Part shown: positions 37,712-51,632 of the stretch, piece after piece
How positions within the stretch are numbered: the first letter of the stretch is position 1
How the letters are laid out: each line of letters starts with the position of its first letter
DNA from: Balanoglossus misakiensis
Taxonomy: Eukaryota > Animalia > Hemichordata
Assembly (NCBI GenBank): GCA_040954595.2
Contig: CM082578.2
Span: 1,346,831 to 1,410,830 of the forward strand
Direction: 5' to 3'
DNA length: 64,000 bases
Translations under genes and position numbers: made by a program
Notes under the pieces: generated by a model
The model's database searches: none
The model's input: only the letters and a program-made list of their open reading frames with translations
Told to the model about the DNA's origin: nothing

Positions 37712-40700
37712 TACATCCATACATAAATACAGACGCAAAGGCCCATGGTACATACCAAATGGGACCTAAAAACTGCAGAAGCTACACAAAACATTAATAC
37801 TGAAAACATGGCAAACAGTTGTTGCTAACAGGGTTTTAAATCTCCCTCATAGATATTTTTGAACTCCCAATTTATGATTATTGACTGTTTGATTGATTAG
37901 TTGTTGCACAAATGATAGTATTATCAAAGTAAATAATATCTGTGAGAAATTTCTTTTCATATTTATTTGAATATGGATAGGGTAAGATGGGGGTTAAACA
38001 AAACTACATTTGTTCAAAAGTAGCAAAAACACAAATATGCTAAAATCACTATAATTGTACACCATCTTACTTCAATCACTACAAGGAACATTCCTGCCAA
38101 AGTTCAAAGCAATCTGACAAGCGCTTCCAGACACAGCGAATTTGATAAACATCTACAAATATATTTTTATTTTTTAAACAAATCTTTTACAACACCTTAC
38201 TTGGGTTACCCCCCTAGGAATCTGCATTCTGAGCAAAAATTACAAAATTGCTCAAAATTATAAATATACCAATTTCACAACAATTTGCAATTTGAACAAA
38301 AGCTATCGCTTTCAGAAATGAAGATTTTTTTTACCAATAATGCAGTAAAAGACAAAACAATAAAAATAGAAAATTCATAATATTAGCTCAAAACAAAACA
38401 TACAGGACTGTATGGCGTTTATTGACATTTATAAGAATATGGACAGGGTATGATAGGGGGGGGGGGGAATTATAAATTCCAAGGGGGTCATCAATTTTTT
38501 GTCATAACTTTTTGGGGCCATAGAAACAATAACCTAAAAAGTAGGAAACCCTACGTCCCCCCAAGCTTTCATTCTGGCCAACAACTTTTTATGAAGGCTT
38601 CTGCAATTGTTAAAAACAGATTGCCTGCTATGTTAGACTATCAATCTATAGAGGGGATGAAAAATCTCCTTTTGTCAAGTGTCTGGATTTTGATAACTTC
38701 AACGGGTAAAAATATATTTGTAGATGTTTATCAAATTCACTATGTCTGAAACAGTATGCTTGCAAATGTATTAATATAGTCAGATAACATGAATAGTGAA
38801 GATAGCAAAACAAACAGGTTTATGCTTATAGCCATAACTTCTATTAGTGATGTACATGTTGTACGTAGCAAATAATTGTTATGATCAACTTGGTTTTTAT
38901 TGCACAAGATCTTTTTATTGCATCCATGTTTCGTTTCATTCTGGATAATAGTCTGTCTAAATAAGTTAACAGGCTTGATGAGGGTTATTTTAAACAGTGT
39001 TCTCAAAAAACCTGCAATGTCATGCCCTATATTTTTGAAGTTGAGGAGAGGTTGTATTCCTAGCAGGATGTTGAAATCATTGGAGGACAAACCTTGCCAG
39101 TACCAAAAGTTGCTGGGTGTTATAAATGTTTGAGTAACCCCCCCCCCCCCCCCCCCCTTCCCCAATAACACAATATATAATATCACATTTTTACAACATC
39201 TTACTCAGTTTACCCCTAGGAATATGCCTACCAAATCAATCTGACATGCAGGTTTAAAGAAAAAAAATGACCAAAAATGGCAAAAATTGCTCAAAATTTA
39301 AATATGCAAATGTTTCAACAATTTGAACAAAACTTTGGTTACTCAGACAACCATTAGAAGCTTCATACTAAAATTCAAAGAATGAGGCCTATAACTTTTA
39401 GAAATGATGATTTCTTTACCAATAATGTGGAAAAATACAAAAAATGCATAAAAGATTTTTGGCATAAAAAATTAAAAATCGATAATATTAGCTCAAAACA
39501 TACAGGACTGTTTGAGGTAGACATAAGGTACATGCATACTGATTTTCAAATCAATGTGACCAGTGGTTGTTGAGTTTGAGTTTTGACCAATTTCACATTT
39601 TCCTAGCTAATTTGCATATTTTTGGCAATGACAGCTTCATTTGAACAAACTCCAATCTCCAGCCTGGCCTGCATCTACACACCAAATATCGAGGTCATAT
39701 GCTTAGCGGTTTTCAAGTTTGTGATGTAGACGGACATACAGACATACATACATACATCCACCGATATCATAAGGTCCCATGGTAAAGCAAATGGGTCCTT
39801 ACAAAACTATGGTAACTCAGATCACCTATGAAGCTTTACACTAAATTTCAAATAAGTCAGCTGATAAATTCCAGAAAAGCAGATTTTCTACCGATAATGT
39901 GGAAAGAGACAAAAATACAAATGGAAAATTCACATTATTAGCTCACAACATATAGAATTGTGTGAGGTTAACATAACTTACAGGAATACCAATTTTCAAT
40001 TTTGAAAGCAATTTGCTCAGTAGTTGTTGAGTTCCCGAGTTTTGACGAATTTGACACTTTCCCAGCTAATTTGCATATTTTGGCAATGAACACTTCATTT
40101 TGACAACTCCCACCTACTGCCCTGCCTGCATCTCCACACTAAATATCAAGGTCACATGCCAGTGGTTTCCAAGTGTTTGATATTGATAGACATACAGACA
40201 AACATCCGTACAGACATCCATATATACAGGTGCAACTGATCCCATAAGGTCCCATGGTATAAATACATATACCTGCACCAAATGGGACCTAATAATTCCG
40301 ATAAAATGCCTACATAGTAAGTGTAAAAACCACTTGTACCGTCAACGTCCTTGGACAACAATGGCTAATATTACTTGCCAAGGGCGACTAGAATTTTGGG
40401 GGCCTGATGCAATTCTGATACATGTACTTCATGATTTAGAGATATGGTGAAAATCCTGTCAACCGAATTACTGGGAAATCAGATTTTCCATGTAAAATCA
40501 TATCACCCCAAAATGTCAAGTGTCGAAAATAATTTTGAAACAAAAAGTCTACTCAAAATCATACCAAAATTTAAATTTTAAAGCAGTACGTTAGGCAAGC
40601 AATTTGAGAATGAAGAAACTTACAAAAAATTTATAAATTGAAAATAATTTACAAATGCCGCACACAAACTTACAATCACTACCATATTACTGTACAAGTT

Positions 40701-40989
40701 AAAAGGACATTGTACCAGCAGAGACATTGCGATCGAGCAATCCCCAAGATATACATGACATGGTCTAATTACAAATATTGAATATGTAAAATAAGTACAC
40801 AACACTTCCAGTCTTTCAGTACAGTCAGCTGCTTGTTAACAATAGGCATGTAGCTATTTCATCAAATTTACAGCCCAAGTCATGCCTATACAATTCTCCC
40901 TTAAGCTACCCTAAGTGAGTGATGAAAATCTCATATGGTCGACAATTGATGGCCGATTTTTGCCATGTTAAAGAAATGGGAGTTCATAA

Positions 40990-41758
40990 GGCTGCATTCA
41001 CAAACACCTCTGGAGGGGGGGGGGCAGGAGAATTGCGGGGGGGATTTGAAAAAATTGAGGGTATGTAAGGGGGGATTTGAAATAATTTAGGGACTGAAAG
41101 GGGGGACTTGAAAACTTTGACGACTAAATATTTATTTTGAGTCCACAAAAATGCAGTTTCGCGCCCTTTATTTTACACCCCCTCCCACACCCACCCCCTC
41201 CATTCATCAACACCTTTCAATCATTGACTGGTTCAAACATTGTCTAGTGTCCCAGGTCAGGGGACTTGCCCCCACCCCATGATAACTTTGAGCGGCGACG
41301 GTTAAATTTGTCCTCCCCAACATACCGGTATTTGAGTTAATTTGCTTTTGCCGGGTTCATTAAAATGCAGCTTTGAGCTCTGTATTTTATAAAATTTTCT
41401 TACGTGGGAGGGGGACACCCCTTCCCACACCCACCCCCTTCAATTCTCGGTTTACAATGTCTCCCAACACAGAATACAAATACTTAAAAAGTAAAAACAA
41501 TGTTCAGTTTTAATGAGGGGAAACATCAGTTTCAAAGTCTTTTCATGGGAGCGATGTTTTTCTTTTTTACAAGATAGATAGGTGATGTGTTTTGCTCTGT
41601 GAAAGAAAATGGGGGGGGGGGGGGTTCAAAATTTTGGCAGTTCAGAAGGGGGGATTTGAAAATATTTCGGGTTGTGTACGGGGGGCATGTGAAAATTAGC
41701 GGTAAAAAAAAATGGAATTCTCCCCCCCCCCCCTCCAGAGGTGTTTGTGAATGGAGCC
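40990..41758. mobile_element. PIF/Harbinger-type MITE with TAA TSD
   Basis: TAA|GGCTGCATTCACAAACACCTCTGGAGGGG...CCCCTCCAGAGGTGTTTGTGAATGGAGCC|TAA. Confidence 0.85.
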
Positions 41759-44700
41759 TAAGCTAAAGTGATAATGGGTCATTCTTGAACTTTTTAACAG
41801 ACAAAATAACAAAATGTGAAAAAAGTTTAATGAATTTAATATGCTAACTACAGAGACAGACATGTTTGACCAAAGCATGAAATACAAAAAAAATGTATCA
41901 TTTCTTCTATCTCTTACTACAGTTGGTTGTGGACTTTTCGCCCAGAATGCAATGTGATTTGACCCCCTAGCGCAAAGTGAAAACCTATTTAAGGCAGCCA
42001 GAATTGTCTGCATAATATGACGGAAACATTTGTAAAGTCATGGCTAGCGTGGGCTGGTAAGTATATGCGACTCTCCATGATAACCAGTTGTGACTTGCCA
42101 CCACCATAATTTTGAAAGGGCGACTTCACTATTTGATGGGAAAAGGTAGCCTTTACAAACAAGCTATGGAGCATGTATACAGCAAGTTGTGCTTACCGGA
42201 AAGCGGTCTTGGATCAGGCCTAGGTATTCTCTTCCTCCTCCGGCATACGTTGAAATGCTGTGTTTAAGACTGTGAATCAAATATATGCATATTAATTAGT
42301 AACCAATCAACCTTGCTTTAGAATTATCTGGGCCATACTAATTGGTGAAAATATGCAAAACATGGTATAATGTAGGGTCAGACTGTGCTGCGATAATGTA
42401 CAACAGTGGAATACGAATCAGAGAAATCTGTAACAGCGATCTTGAAACTCCATTTACATCAGTACTGCAGTAAAGTGGTCCACATGGGTATACCACAAAC
42501 ATGGCAGTTAGGTGACAAGTGAAACTGACATCATATCTGTAAACGACAGGTGTACACACACTTTGACATCTACGTAACACTGTACAGGGATTTCTTTATG
42601 TTTGTTGTGAAAATGAAACTTACATTTGATCCACCTCACTTTTCATACAACTGATTAGCATAAGAATGTACATTGTTGGCAATTATAAAACATTTATTTT
42701 AGTATAGAAAAGTAAGCCTTAAAATTTAAACTTTGAATATCAGTATACTAAAATGTTTCAAACGTAGCTGTCAGTATATCTCATGGCATGGTGGCAGAAG
42801 TAGATGTTGCTACCAGGGAAGCCGATTGAACATAGACAAGCCCAATAGTCGCTTGGTGATTTTTTATCTTTATAAAGATTCTCAAAACTTTTTGTGCATT
42901 TGGTAGCTTTGGGCAAGTTTCTGGTCCTGATCAGAGTTTTCGAATTCAGAACTGCGCTTCTCTGGCTTTGGTTACCATGGGCCAATCTGCACACATTTTT
43001 GAAAAAGAATCCAGCCTGTTTGTGTCATGATTTATATTATTCTTTCTGGCCTAAAGTATTGTTTTATGTCACTCTAAACAACATTACTTTCCTTCATGTG
43101 TCTAATATAATAACAGATCTCTTAGCCAGTTTGATTAAGCATAGTGTTGGACTAGCACAATTTCAGCCAAAAATATGGTCTCTCCTCGTGTATTGGTATG
43201 GGAGTAATTTCTAGCTATATGGTTAAGGAAATGCATCCAAATTTAATTTATGCATGCTTCACATGAAGATTTGAACTTGACCATTTAATTCATGTCATCA
43301 CGATCATATCACAGGCAATCGAGGCCAGAATTCGAAGGGGAAAAAAAGTATTGATAACTGGAATGTGTAAATTAGTTCGTAGACATACATTGCTTCCTAT
43401 TGTCTCGGTTGCAACGCCCGATAAAAGCAAATATATAGCAAGTCATGCTTACCATTGAGCGGTCTTAAACTCGCCCCGGACGAGGAAGAGAATCCAGAGT
43501 TGAAATGAGACAATCTCAGGCAGCATCTATGAATCAAATAGACATAGAAGTTAGTAACCAGTCATAGTAGCTCTAAGTTGGGTGTACCAACTCTCCTTGT
43601 TAACAGTAACTTTCAAAGAAACTGAACAATTGGTTAAGAAGATTTTCTATCCAAAACAGAGATAGAAAAATGTATTTTTGACCAAACATTGTCTGTACAA
43701 ACACATATGACAAGCAACTTATTTCAGTCAGCCCTGCTCACTGACCCACCACTGTTAATTCAAAATAGAATAACTGGTAGTCTCTGTAACAGCTGGCATA
43801 TTAAAGTTATGTAAACATGTCTAAGTTGGGTGTACCAACTCTCCTTGTTAACAGCAACTTTCAAAGAAACTGAACGATTGGTTAAGAAGATTTGCAATCC
43901 AAAAACAAAGAAATTTACAACAAACTATTTTGACAACCAGAATTTAATCAAAGTTGCACGTACATATACATGTGTTATGAAATTGTTAACTAACTTCCAA
44001 AGCAATCATAACAAAATTGGTTACCCCTAGGAATATTCCTACCATATTTCAAAGCCATCAAAAAAGTTCAAAGCAATCTGACAACGGCTTGAACGGTTTA
44101 AGAGAAAACAGTTTTTGGCAGAGATTGCCAAAAATATGCTCAATGACACAAGCACGCAGTTTTAACAATTTTTACGACATCTTCCTTGGGTTACCCCTGG
44201 GAATCTGCCTACCAAATTGCAAAGCATTCTGACCAAAATTGGCAAAAATGCTCAAAATTATAAATATGCCTATTTTACAACAAATTGAACAAAAACTATG
44301 GAAACTCGGACCACCTATATGAAGCTTCATACTAAATTTTGAAGGAGTCGGACTATCGCTTTCAGAAGTGAAGATTTTTTTTACCAATAATGTGGAAAAA
44401 GACAAAAAAATTAATAAACATTAGAAAATTCATAATATTAGCTCAAAACATACAGGACTGTGTGGGGTTCATTGACATACCGGTTTTCAGATCAATCTGA
44501 CCAGTGGTTGTTGAGTTTCTGACTTTTGACCAATTTCACATTTTCACAGGTAATACTTTTGGCAATGACAACTTCATTTGAACAAAATCCCACCTACAGC
44601 CCCGACTGCATCTACACACTAAATATGGAAGTGATACGTGCAGCAGTTTTCATCCGTTCATTCATACATACAGATGCATGTCATTCCTTAAGGTCCCAAT

Positions 44701-45772
44701 CGTATATATATATACACACAAACCAAATGCCATAGGACCTAAAAATTGCTCCAAAATTAAAATACACAAATTTTGCAACACTTTAATCAAAACTATGGTA
44801 ACTCAGATCACCTGTGAAGCTTCATACTAAATTTCAAACAAGTCAGCTGATCACTTCCAGAAAAGTATTTTTTTTACCGATAATGTGCAGACAAAAAATG
44901 CATAAAAATTGGAAATTCACATAAGCTGACAACATATAGGGCTGTGTGGGGTTACCATAAGTTACATGCATATCAATTTTGAATTTGAAAGCAATTTACC
45001 CAGTAGTTTTTGAGTTCCTGAGTTTTGACAAATTTGACACTTTCCCAGCTCATTTGCATATTTTGGCAATGACAACTTCATTTGGACAAACTCCCACCTA
45101 CTGCCCTGTGTAAAAACCACTTGTACCTTCAACGTGCTTGGACAACACATTTTTGTAACTTTCCGACATCAATGGCTAATATTACATGGCAAGGGTGACT
45201 AGAATTTTGTTTGGGGGTGCCGATGCAATTCTGATACATGTACTTCATGATTTAGAGGTATGGTGAAAATCCTGTCAACCGAATTACATCATTTTACCAA
45301 AAAATTTTAAAAGTGTAGAAAATAATTTTGAAACAGAAAGCCTACTCAAAATCATACCAAAATTTAAAGTTTAATGCAGTTGGGCAAGCAATTTGAGAAT
45401 GAAGAAACTTACAAATAATTTATAAATTGTAAATAATTTACAAATGCCGCACACACTTACAATTACTACCATATTACATGATAAAAGGACATTGTACCAG
45501 CAGAGACATTGCGATCGAGCAATCCCCAAGATATACATCACATGGTCTAATTACAAATATTGAATATGTAAAATAAGTACACATAACTTCCAGTCCTTCA
45601 GTACAGTCAGCTGCTTGTGAACAATAGGCATGTAGCAATTAAATCAAATTTATAGCCCAAGTCATGCCTATACAATTCTCCCTACTTTAAATACGTTTTA
45701 AGCTACCCTAAATGAGTGATGAAAAACTCATACGGTCGACAATTTCAAGATGGCCGATTTTTGCCATGTTAA

Positions 45773-46407
45773 GGCTGCATTCACAAACACCTCTGGAGGG
45801 GGGGACGGGAGAATTCAATTTTTTTTACCGTTAATTTTCACATGCCCCCCTCAACAACCTGAAATATTTTCAAATCCCCCCTTCCGAACTGCTAAAATTT
45901 TCAAATCCCCCCCCCCACCCATTTTCTTTCACAGAGCAAAACACATCACCTATCTATCTTGTAAAAAAAGAAAAACAGCGCTCCCATGAAAAGAATTTGA
46001 AACTGATGTACCCCCTCACTGAACATTGTTTTTATTTTTAAGTATTTGTATTCTGTGTTGGGAGACATTGTAAACCGAGAATTGAAGGGGGTGGGAGGGG
46101 GTGAGCAAATTAACTCAACTACCGGTATGTTGGGGAGGACAAATTTAACCGTCGCCGCTCAAAGTTATCATGGGGTGGGGGCAAATCCCCTGACCTGGAA
46201 CACTAGACAAACCAGTCAATGATTGAAAGGTGCTGATGAATGGAGGGGGTGGGTGTGGGAGGGGGTGTCCCCTCCCACATTAGAAAATTTTGTAAAATAA
46301 ATGGCGCGAAACTGCATTTTTGTGGACTCAAAATAAATATTTAGTCGTCAAAGTTTTCAAGTCCCCCCCTTTCAGTCCCTAAATTATTTCAAATCCCCCC
46401 TTACATA
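45773..46407. mobile_element. Paralogous copy of the Harbinger-type MITE, interior inverted, right end lost
   Basis: Same left TIR, followed by the reverse complement of ~41720 back to ~41061. Confidence 0.85.
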
Positions 46408-47085
46408 TGAAATACAAAATATGAGAGTTCAAAGAATTCCTTCGGTTAAACTTAATGACATCACTTTGAAGTTTGTACCTGTACACACCTATCTGGGCCA
46501 TGTAATATCTTGTGATGGTTGTGATAATGAAGATATTGAACGACAGAGAAGAGCATTTTGCGTTAGAGCAAACATGCTATTGAGACATTTTCAACATTGT
46601 AGTCAAGATGTGAAGAAAGTTTTATTTTTGGCATATTGTAGTAATATTTACTGCTGCAGTTTGTGGGCATCCTTTAAAGTTAAACCGATGAAAAAATTTA
46701 AAACTATGTACAATAATGTTTGGAGAAGACTTCTCGGTCTTCCGCCATTTTGCAGTGCATCGGTTATGTTTGCTACAAACCATGTATTGTCACTTGGTGA
46801 AGTTTTTAGACGCAATATGTACAGTTTTAAGCGTAGACTCGAAAATTCTTCTAATGTTTTACTTGATGCGATCTGTTCATCAGATAGAGCGACTGACAGC
46901 ATATTTTTCAAACATTGGCGAAAGCAATTGTATATCATGTAATTTTGCAGAGTTTTTTTTTTGTGTGTGTGTGTCTCAGTTTCAGATTTTCCAGAGTATT
47001 TTCATTAGTGTTTTTTTTTTCTTTTTTTCTTCTCTCTTTTGGGTATATGGTCTTTTTTTTAAAGTCTGAAATAAAGTATTATTAT
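46408..47085 (+). mobile_element. 5'-truncated non-LTR retrotransposon 3' end; ORF2 C-terminus at 46421-46942
   Basis: TYLGHVI...DIERQRRAFCVRANMLLRHFQHCSQDVKKVLFLAYCSNIYCCSLW is typical of LINE ORF2 C-termini; ends ctgaaataaag(tat)n; absent from the paralogous segment. Confidence 0.85.
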
Positions 47086-48526
47086 ATCATTTCTTCAATC
47101 TCTTACTACAGTTGGTTGTGGACTTTCCGCCCAGAATGCAATGAGATTTGACCCCCTACCACAAAGTGGAAACCTATTTAAGGCAGCCAGAATTTTCTGC
47201 ATAGTATGACGGAAACATTTGTAAAGTCATGGCTAGCATGGGTTGGCAGGTTTATGGGACCCGCTCAGGTTCCCTCGAATAACACATAATGCATGATTGG
47301 TGACTGATTATTCTTTATTTGTTGATTTTGTCACATTTTCAGATAAATCCCTATCAATCAGTCATTGTTTGGCCTTGCTATACAGCGCAATATGAATCTT
47401 GTTGACTGAAATTGTTGAGGATAGTGGTACATAAAGGTTACCAAGTGGAAAATATTCAAATGATTATTAGTGGTGTCCAACTCACCATGATAACCAGTTG
47501 TGGCTTGCCACCACCATAATTTTAAAAGGGTGACTTCACTATTTGATGGGAAAAGGTAGCATTTACAAACAAGCTATGGAGCATGTATACAGCAAGTTGT
47601 GCTTACCGGAAAGCGGTCTTGGATCAGGCCTAGGTATTCTCTTCCTCCTCCGGCATACGTTGAAATGCTGTGTTTAAGACTGTGAATCGAATATATGCAT
47701 ATTAATTAATAACCAATCAACCTTGCTTTAGAATTATGTGGGCCATACTAATTAGTGAAAATATGCAAAACATGGTGTAATGTAGGGTCAGAAAAAATAT
47801 CCAGCCTGTTTGTGTCATGATTTACATTTTTCTTTCTGGCCTAAAGTATTGTTTTATTTCACTCTAAACAACATTACTTTCCTTAATGTGTCTAATATAA
47901 TAACAGATCTCTTAGCCAGTTTGATTAAGCATAGTGTTGGACTAGCACACTTTCAGCCAAAATTACGGTCTCTCCTCGTGTATTGGTATGGGAGTAATTT
48001 CTAGCTATATGGTTAAGGAAATGCATCCAAATTTAATTTATGCATGCTTCACATGAAGATTTGAACTTGACCATTTAATTCATGTCATCACGATCATATC
48101 ACAGGCAATCGAGGCCAGAATTCGAAGGGAAAAAAAAGTATTGATAACTGGAATGTGTAAATTAGTTCGTAGACATACATTGCTTCCTATTGTTTCGGTT
48201 GCAACGCCCGATAAAAGCAAATATACAGCAAGTCATGCTTACCATTGAGCGGTCTTAAACTCGCCCCGGACGAGGAAGAGAATCCCGAGTTGAAATGCAG
48301 ACAATTTCAGGCAGCATCTGTGAATCAAAAAGACATAGAAGTTAATAACCAGTCATAGAAGCTCTGCGTGGCAGGGCTGCGTGTTAACGGCTATGTCATA
48401 GCTCACACTGGTAGCTTATAACAGTCTCAATGGTGCCAAAAATCTCCCCAACAACAAAACTAATTCTGGTCAGTTTATTCGCTATCGCTTTGCCTTAAAA
48501 GTTAGGGCCTATACTGTAGTGTGTTA

Positions 48527-48962
48527 CCACAGGGGGCTCTCCCTCCGCGATTTTATTGTTTGTTTGTTGTTGTTGATTGGCATAATAAACAAATACATAT
48601 TTCTTTATTAATAAATATGGTTTGTTGACATGTAAGTGTTAGGGTATATTCGACAGGTTAAGGTATATTCAACGGTTAGGATTAGTGTTGGCATTTTTTT
48701 CGATTCTTGGCCCCGGGCATCACTAAGCCACAAAGAGAGGGTGATACCGACCGTGGATAGAAAAAATGCCAACATTAATCCTAACCGTTGAATATACCAT
48801 AACCTGTCGAATATACCCTAATAACCTAACCCTTACATGTCAACAAACCATATTTATTAATAAAGAAATATTTATTTGTTTATTATGCCAATCAACAACA
48901 ACAACAACAACAGACAAACAAACAAACAAACAATAAAATCGTGGAGGGAGAGCCCCTTGTGG
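48527..48962. mobile_element. Foldback/MITE with ~175-bp inverted arms
   Basis: CCACAGGGGGCTCTCCCTCC...GGAGGGAGAGCCCCTTGTGG; arms pair through ttggcattttttc / gaaaaaatgccaa. Confidence 0.85.
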
Positions 48963-51000
48963 TGCAACGGTACCACCTGCCCCACAACAACAAAGCTGAC
49001 TCGAGGCCACAAACCACGTACAATTTACTCGCACGGTGTCAAACAACGCATAAATTCCATGCGACAGTGAGTTTACTGTTCGACGCTGTAACGCTTCCCA
49101 AAGTCAGAATTTCGATGTTGGGAGGACACTCTCGCCCTACCACGACCAGTTTTTGCTAGAAGGAGTGTACATGTACTTGTAAAACAACATTAAATGCCAT
49201 GCTTACCAGAGAAACGACATCATCAAGCATGGAGGCGACCGGGACCTCCATGCTTGATGAACGTCAAAGCTGCAATGATTTTTCAAATGCAACGGTCAGC
49301 GGTACGAAAACGAGGCACCACCTGTGCGTCAATTATGCAAATTAGTTACTACTCAATCAGAATCCTGCTTCAATATGACATCACACTAATTAGTCAAAGT
49401 ATGCAGTGCAACGTATGTGTGCAGGTGGAGAATGCGCCTCACGTCAATGCAGACACACAAGACACACAAACTGAAATGCAAATTGATGAATTCTGTCACG
49501 GCGTTCTTTTGAAGTGCGAATGAATAAAATATTTCGTTTTCTTCAGTGTTTTTGTACTACAAAAAAAATGCGAAAAAACAAATAGCAAGCGCTTATGCTA
49601 TGAAATACAAATAAATATCAGTTATGGCCATGTGGAAATGGAACGTCAATCCGCATTTGTCAAATATAATAGAAAAGACAAAGGAGCTGAGACGTCCTAA
49701 AATAAAAGGAATGACCTCTCCGTTCTGACCTGTATGAGGAAGCCCTATTGTAATACGCAATATGTCGGATCATGCTACCATCCGCCATTCTGATTGGACG
49801 AGAGCTCAATCCATCGAAAGGAAAGTACTCAATAGAGCACTGCTAAAACTGGCCCCTGAACTAATAGCATGCAACAAGGAAAACGTGACTAAATAAATAA
49901 AAAAATATAGCTGATAAATTTACGGACGGCCGGTTTATTTTTTAACTGCTCTATAGGAACTGTTGTCACTGTCATGCACGATGCATGTCTTGTCACTGCG
50001 CACTCGTGTTAACATTCATCAGAGCGCCTTTCGATAAATTCGTAACGTTTACATTAGACTCGAGTTCATTTTCGTTATGAAAATGACATTGATATACCAC
50101 AAAATCGATTACTGATATAAAATAATAGCAATAACCCTAACCATAGATTAGGCTATAGCATTCCGGTAATTTTTTCAATATCACTCAGGAAGGATTCTAT
50201 AACATTCTGTTTTGTATCGGCATGTATAATTTAATATCCATACTACAAAACAAATATCAGCGGTAACTCAGAATATATTGTTGAAAATTTGCTCACTGTA
50301 GGCCTGACCATGGTAAGATTATGCAATACTGGTAAGTAGTTTGGGAGACTAGGTTGCATTGTATTGTCTGGTGTTCAAAAAATCACAAACATCCCGGACG
50401 ACTAAATTCTTTCTTTCAAAACCACTTCTGCAACGACAAGAACTTTCACGAGTACGAGCATTCGGGGCAGGCAAAAACCATGGTATGAAGACGATATGAA
50501 GTCGATGAGTTAATGTTATGTTGAACCCGGTTTTAAATACTAGGTTTGGTATGTTTTTGCGCTTGTCTTTTTCTTTTTGTTTATAAATAGTCGTATATTT
50601 TAAAATAGCTCAAATGAGTCAATGGGACATTTTTCCATCCCACCTCATCCTAACTAAGGTTTTCAGTGGCCGGTCACCTGCACACATTAAATTTACCACG
50701 GACAAATTGAAATACAGCCAATCGAAAAAAGTGCGCCACCACATGGTCATTTGAAGACTTTGACGCGCTCTCCTGGCCGTAAACGCATGTGATCCGGAAT
50801 AAATCGAACCTCGGTCGTGTTTTATTTATTTTCACCACCAGCGAAAATCTACGACGGCCCAACCGCAGATTGTTGCTGCTCCGTACAACAACCGGCTTAA
50901 ACTGTTCTGTGCATGTGTTTTGTGTTCTGGTGGTGTTTGCGGGTCTGAGACGTCAGTGTATAAGGCCCTTATCGTTTTGTACCAATAACTTTTACCCACC

Positions 51001-51158
51001 TAGACTCTCTCGCAGCCCCTCTTGCCGTCCATGCAGGCTTATGGACTGATTGCATGCAGGTTCGCTACACAACACCATATGGGGCTTCTCCTTTTCTAAA
51101 CAGTTGAGGGCGCATCAGTGAAGAGCCTTGTAGCGAACGTGGGCTGTGAGAGAGTCTA
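51001..51158. mobile_element. 158-bp non-autonomous DNA transposon with 9-bp TSD (AcademH-like)
   Basis: TTACCCACC|TAGACTCTCTCGCAGCCC...GGGCTGTGAGAGAGTCTA|TTACCCACC. Confidence 0.85.
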
Positions 51159-51375
51159 TTACCCACCATGCTAGAACTTTTTCGTTTTCTTTGACGACGC
51201 TTAACACTTTTAATTTCTTGCTTTGTTGTTGGTAGTTTGTTTGTTCGTTACGTCTGTAACTGGGGTTCTTCACTTGTGGAATATACTGCTTATTTCTTGT
51301 GTATCTGCATTATGTTGATGTTGTCGCTCCTCTGGCAGAGAAGCCAGGGTTCTAGCTGTTGGCTTTAATATTAAA

Positions 51376-51632
51376 TGGACTGTTCAGAATTTACTTCCGG
51401 GGGCGGAGGATTTTGAGGGGGGACCACCAATTTTCTCCAAGAAAAATTAGGGGGGAACAGACATAAAAACCACAATCCTTTAAGGGGGACCATGGAAAAA
51501 ACGAGGAAATTTAAGGGGGGACCACAGATTTCCTCCACAATTCACTAGGGGGGGGGGGGACCGTGAAAAAAAATCACCAGGAAAATAAAAAATCCTCCGG
51601 CCCCACCCTGGAAGTAAATTCTGAACAGTTCC
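51376..51632. mobile_element. Harbinger-type MITE
   Basis: actgttcagaatttacttcc...ggaagtaaattctgaacagt inverted ends, TAA on the right flank, internal G-runs. Confidence 0.75.

Larger units (their letters stand above)
33900..45110 (+). repeat. Multiple diverged copies of a modular dispersed repeat, probably non-autonomous Helentron (DINE-1/HINE-like)
   Basis: Recurrent modules aaatttcaaagcaatctgacaagcggtttcagag, gaagcttcatactaaatttcaaag and ...acggacatacagacatac microsatellite ends at ~33900, 35030, 36950-37780, 39190-39800, 39800-40290, 44030-44740. Family assignment is inferred from architecture only. Confidence 0.5.
39800..48362. repeat. Diverged direct segmental duplication (~39800-43570 vs ~44790-48362)
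   Basis: Colinear blocks (e.g. 40640/45440, 41900/47090, 42080-42380/47485-47790, 43010-43570/47800-48362) with copy-specific indels. Confidence 0.9.

Noticed and set aside
38430-39186. G-run/C-run bounded segment with 148-aa ORF
   Set aside because: Probably a decayed MITE; the ORF has no motifs and TIR/TSD cannot be defined.
49770-50130. Possible Crypton-like non-autonomous element (ctgattgg...tgatataccac motifs)
   Set aside because: Only short motif resemblance; no boundaries or recombinase remnant.
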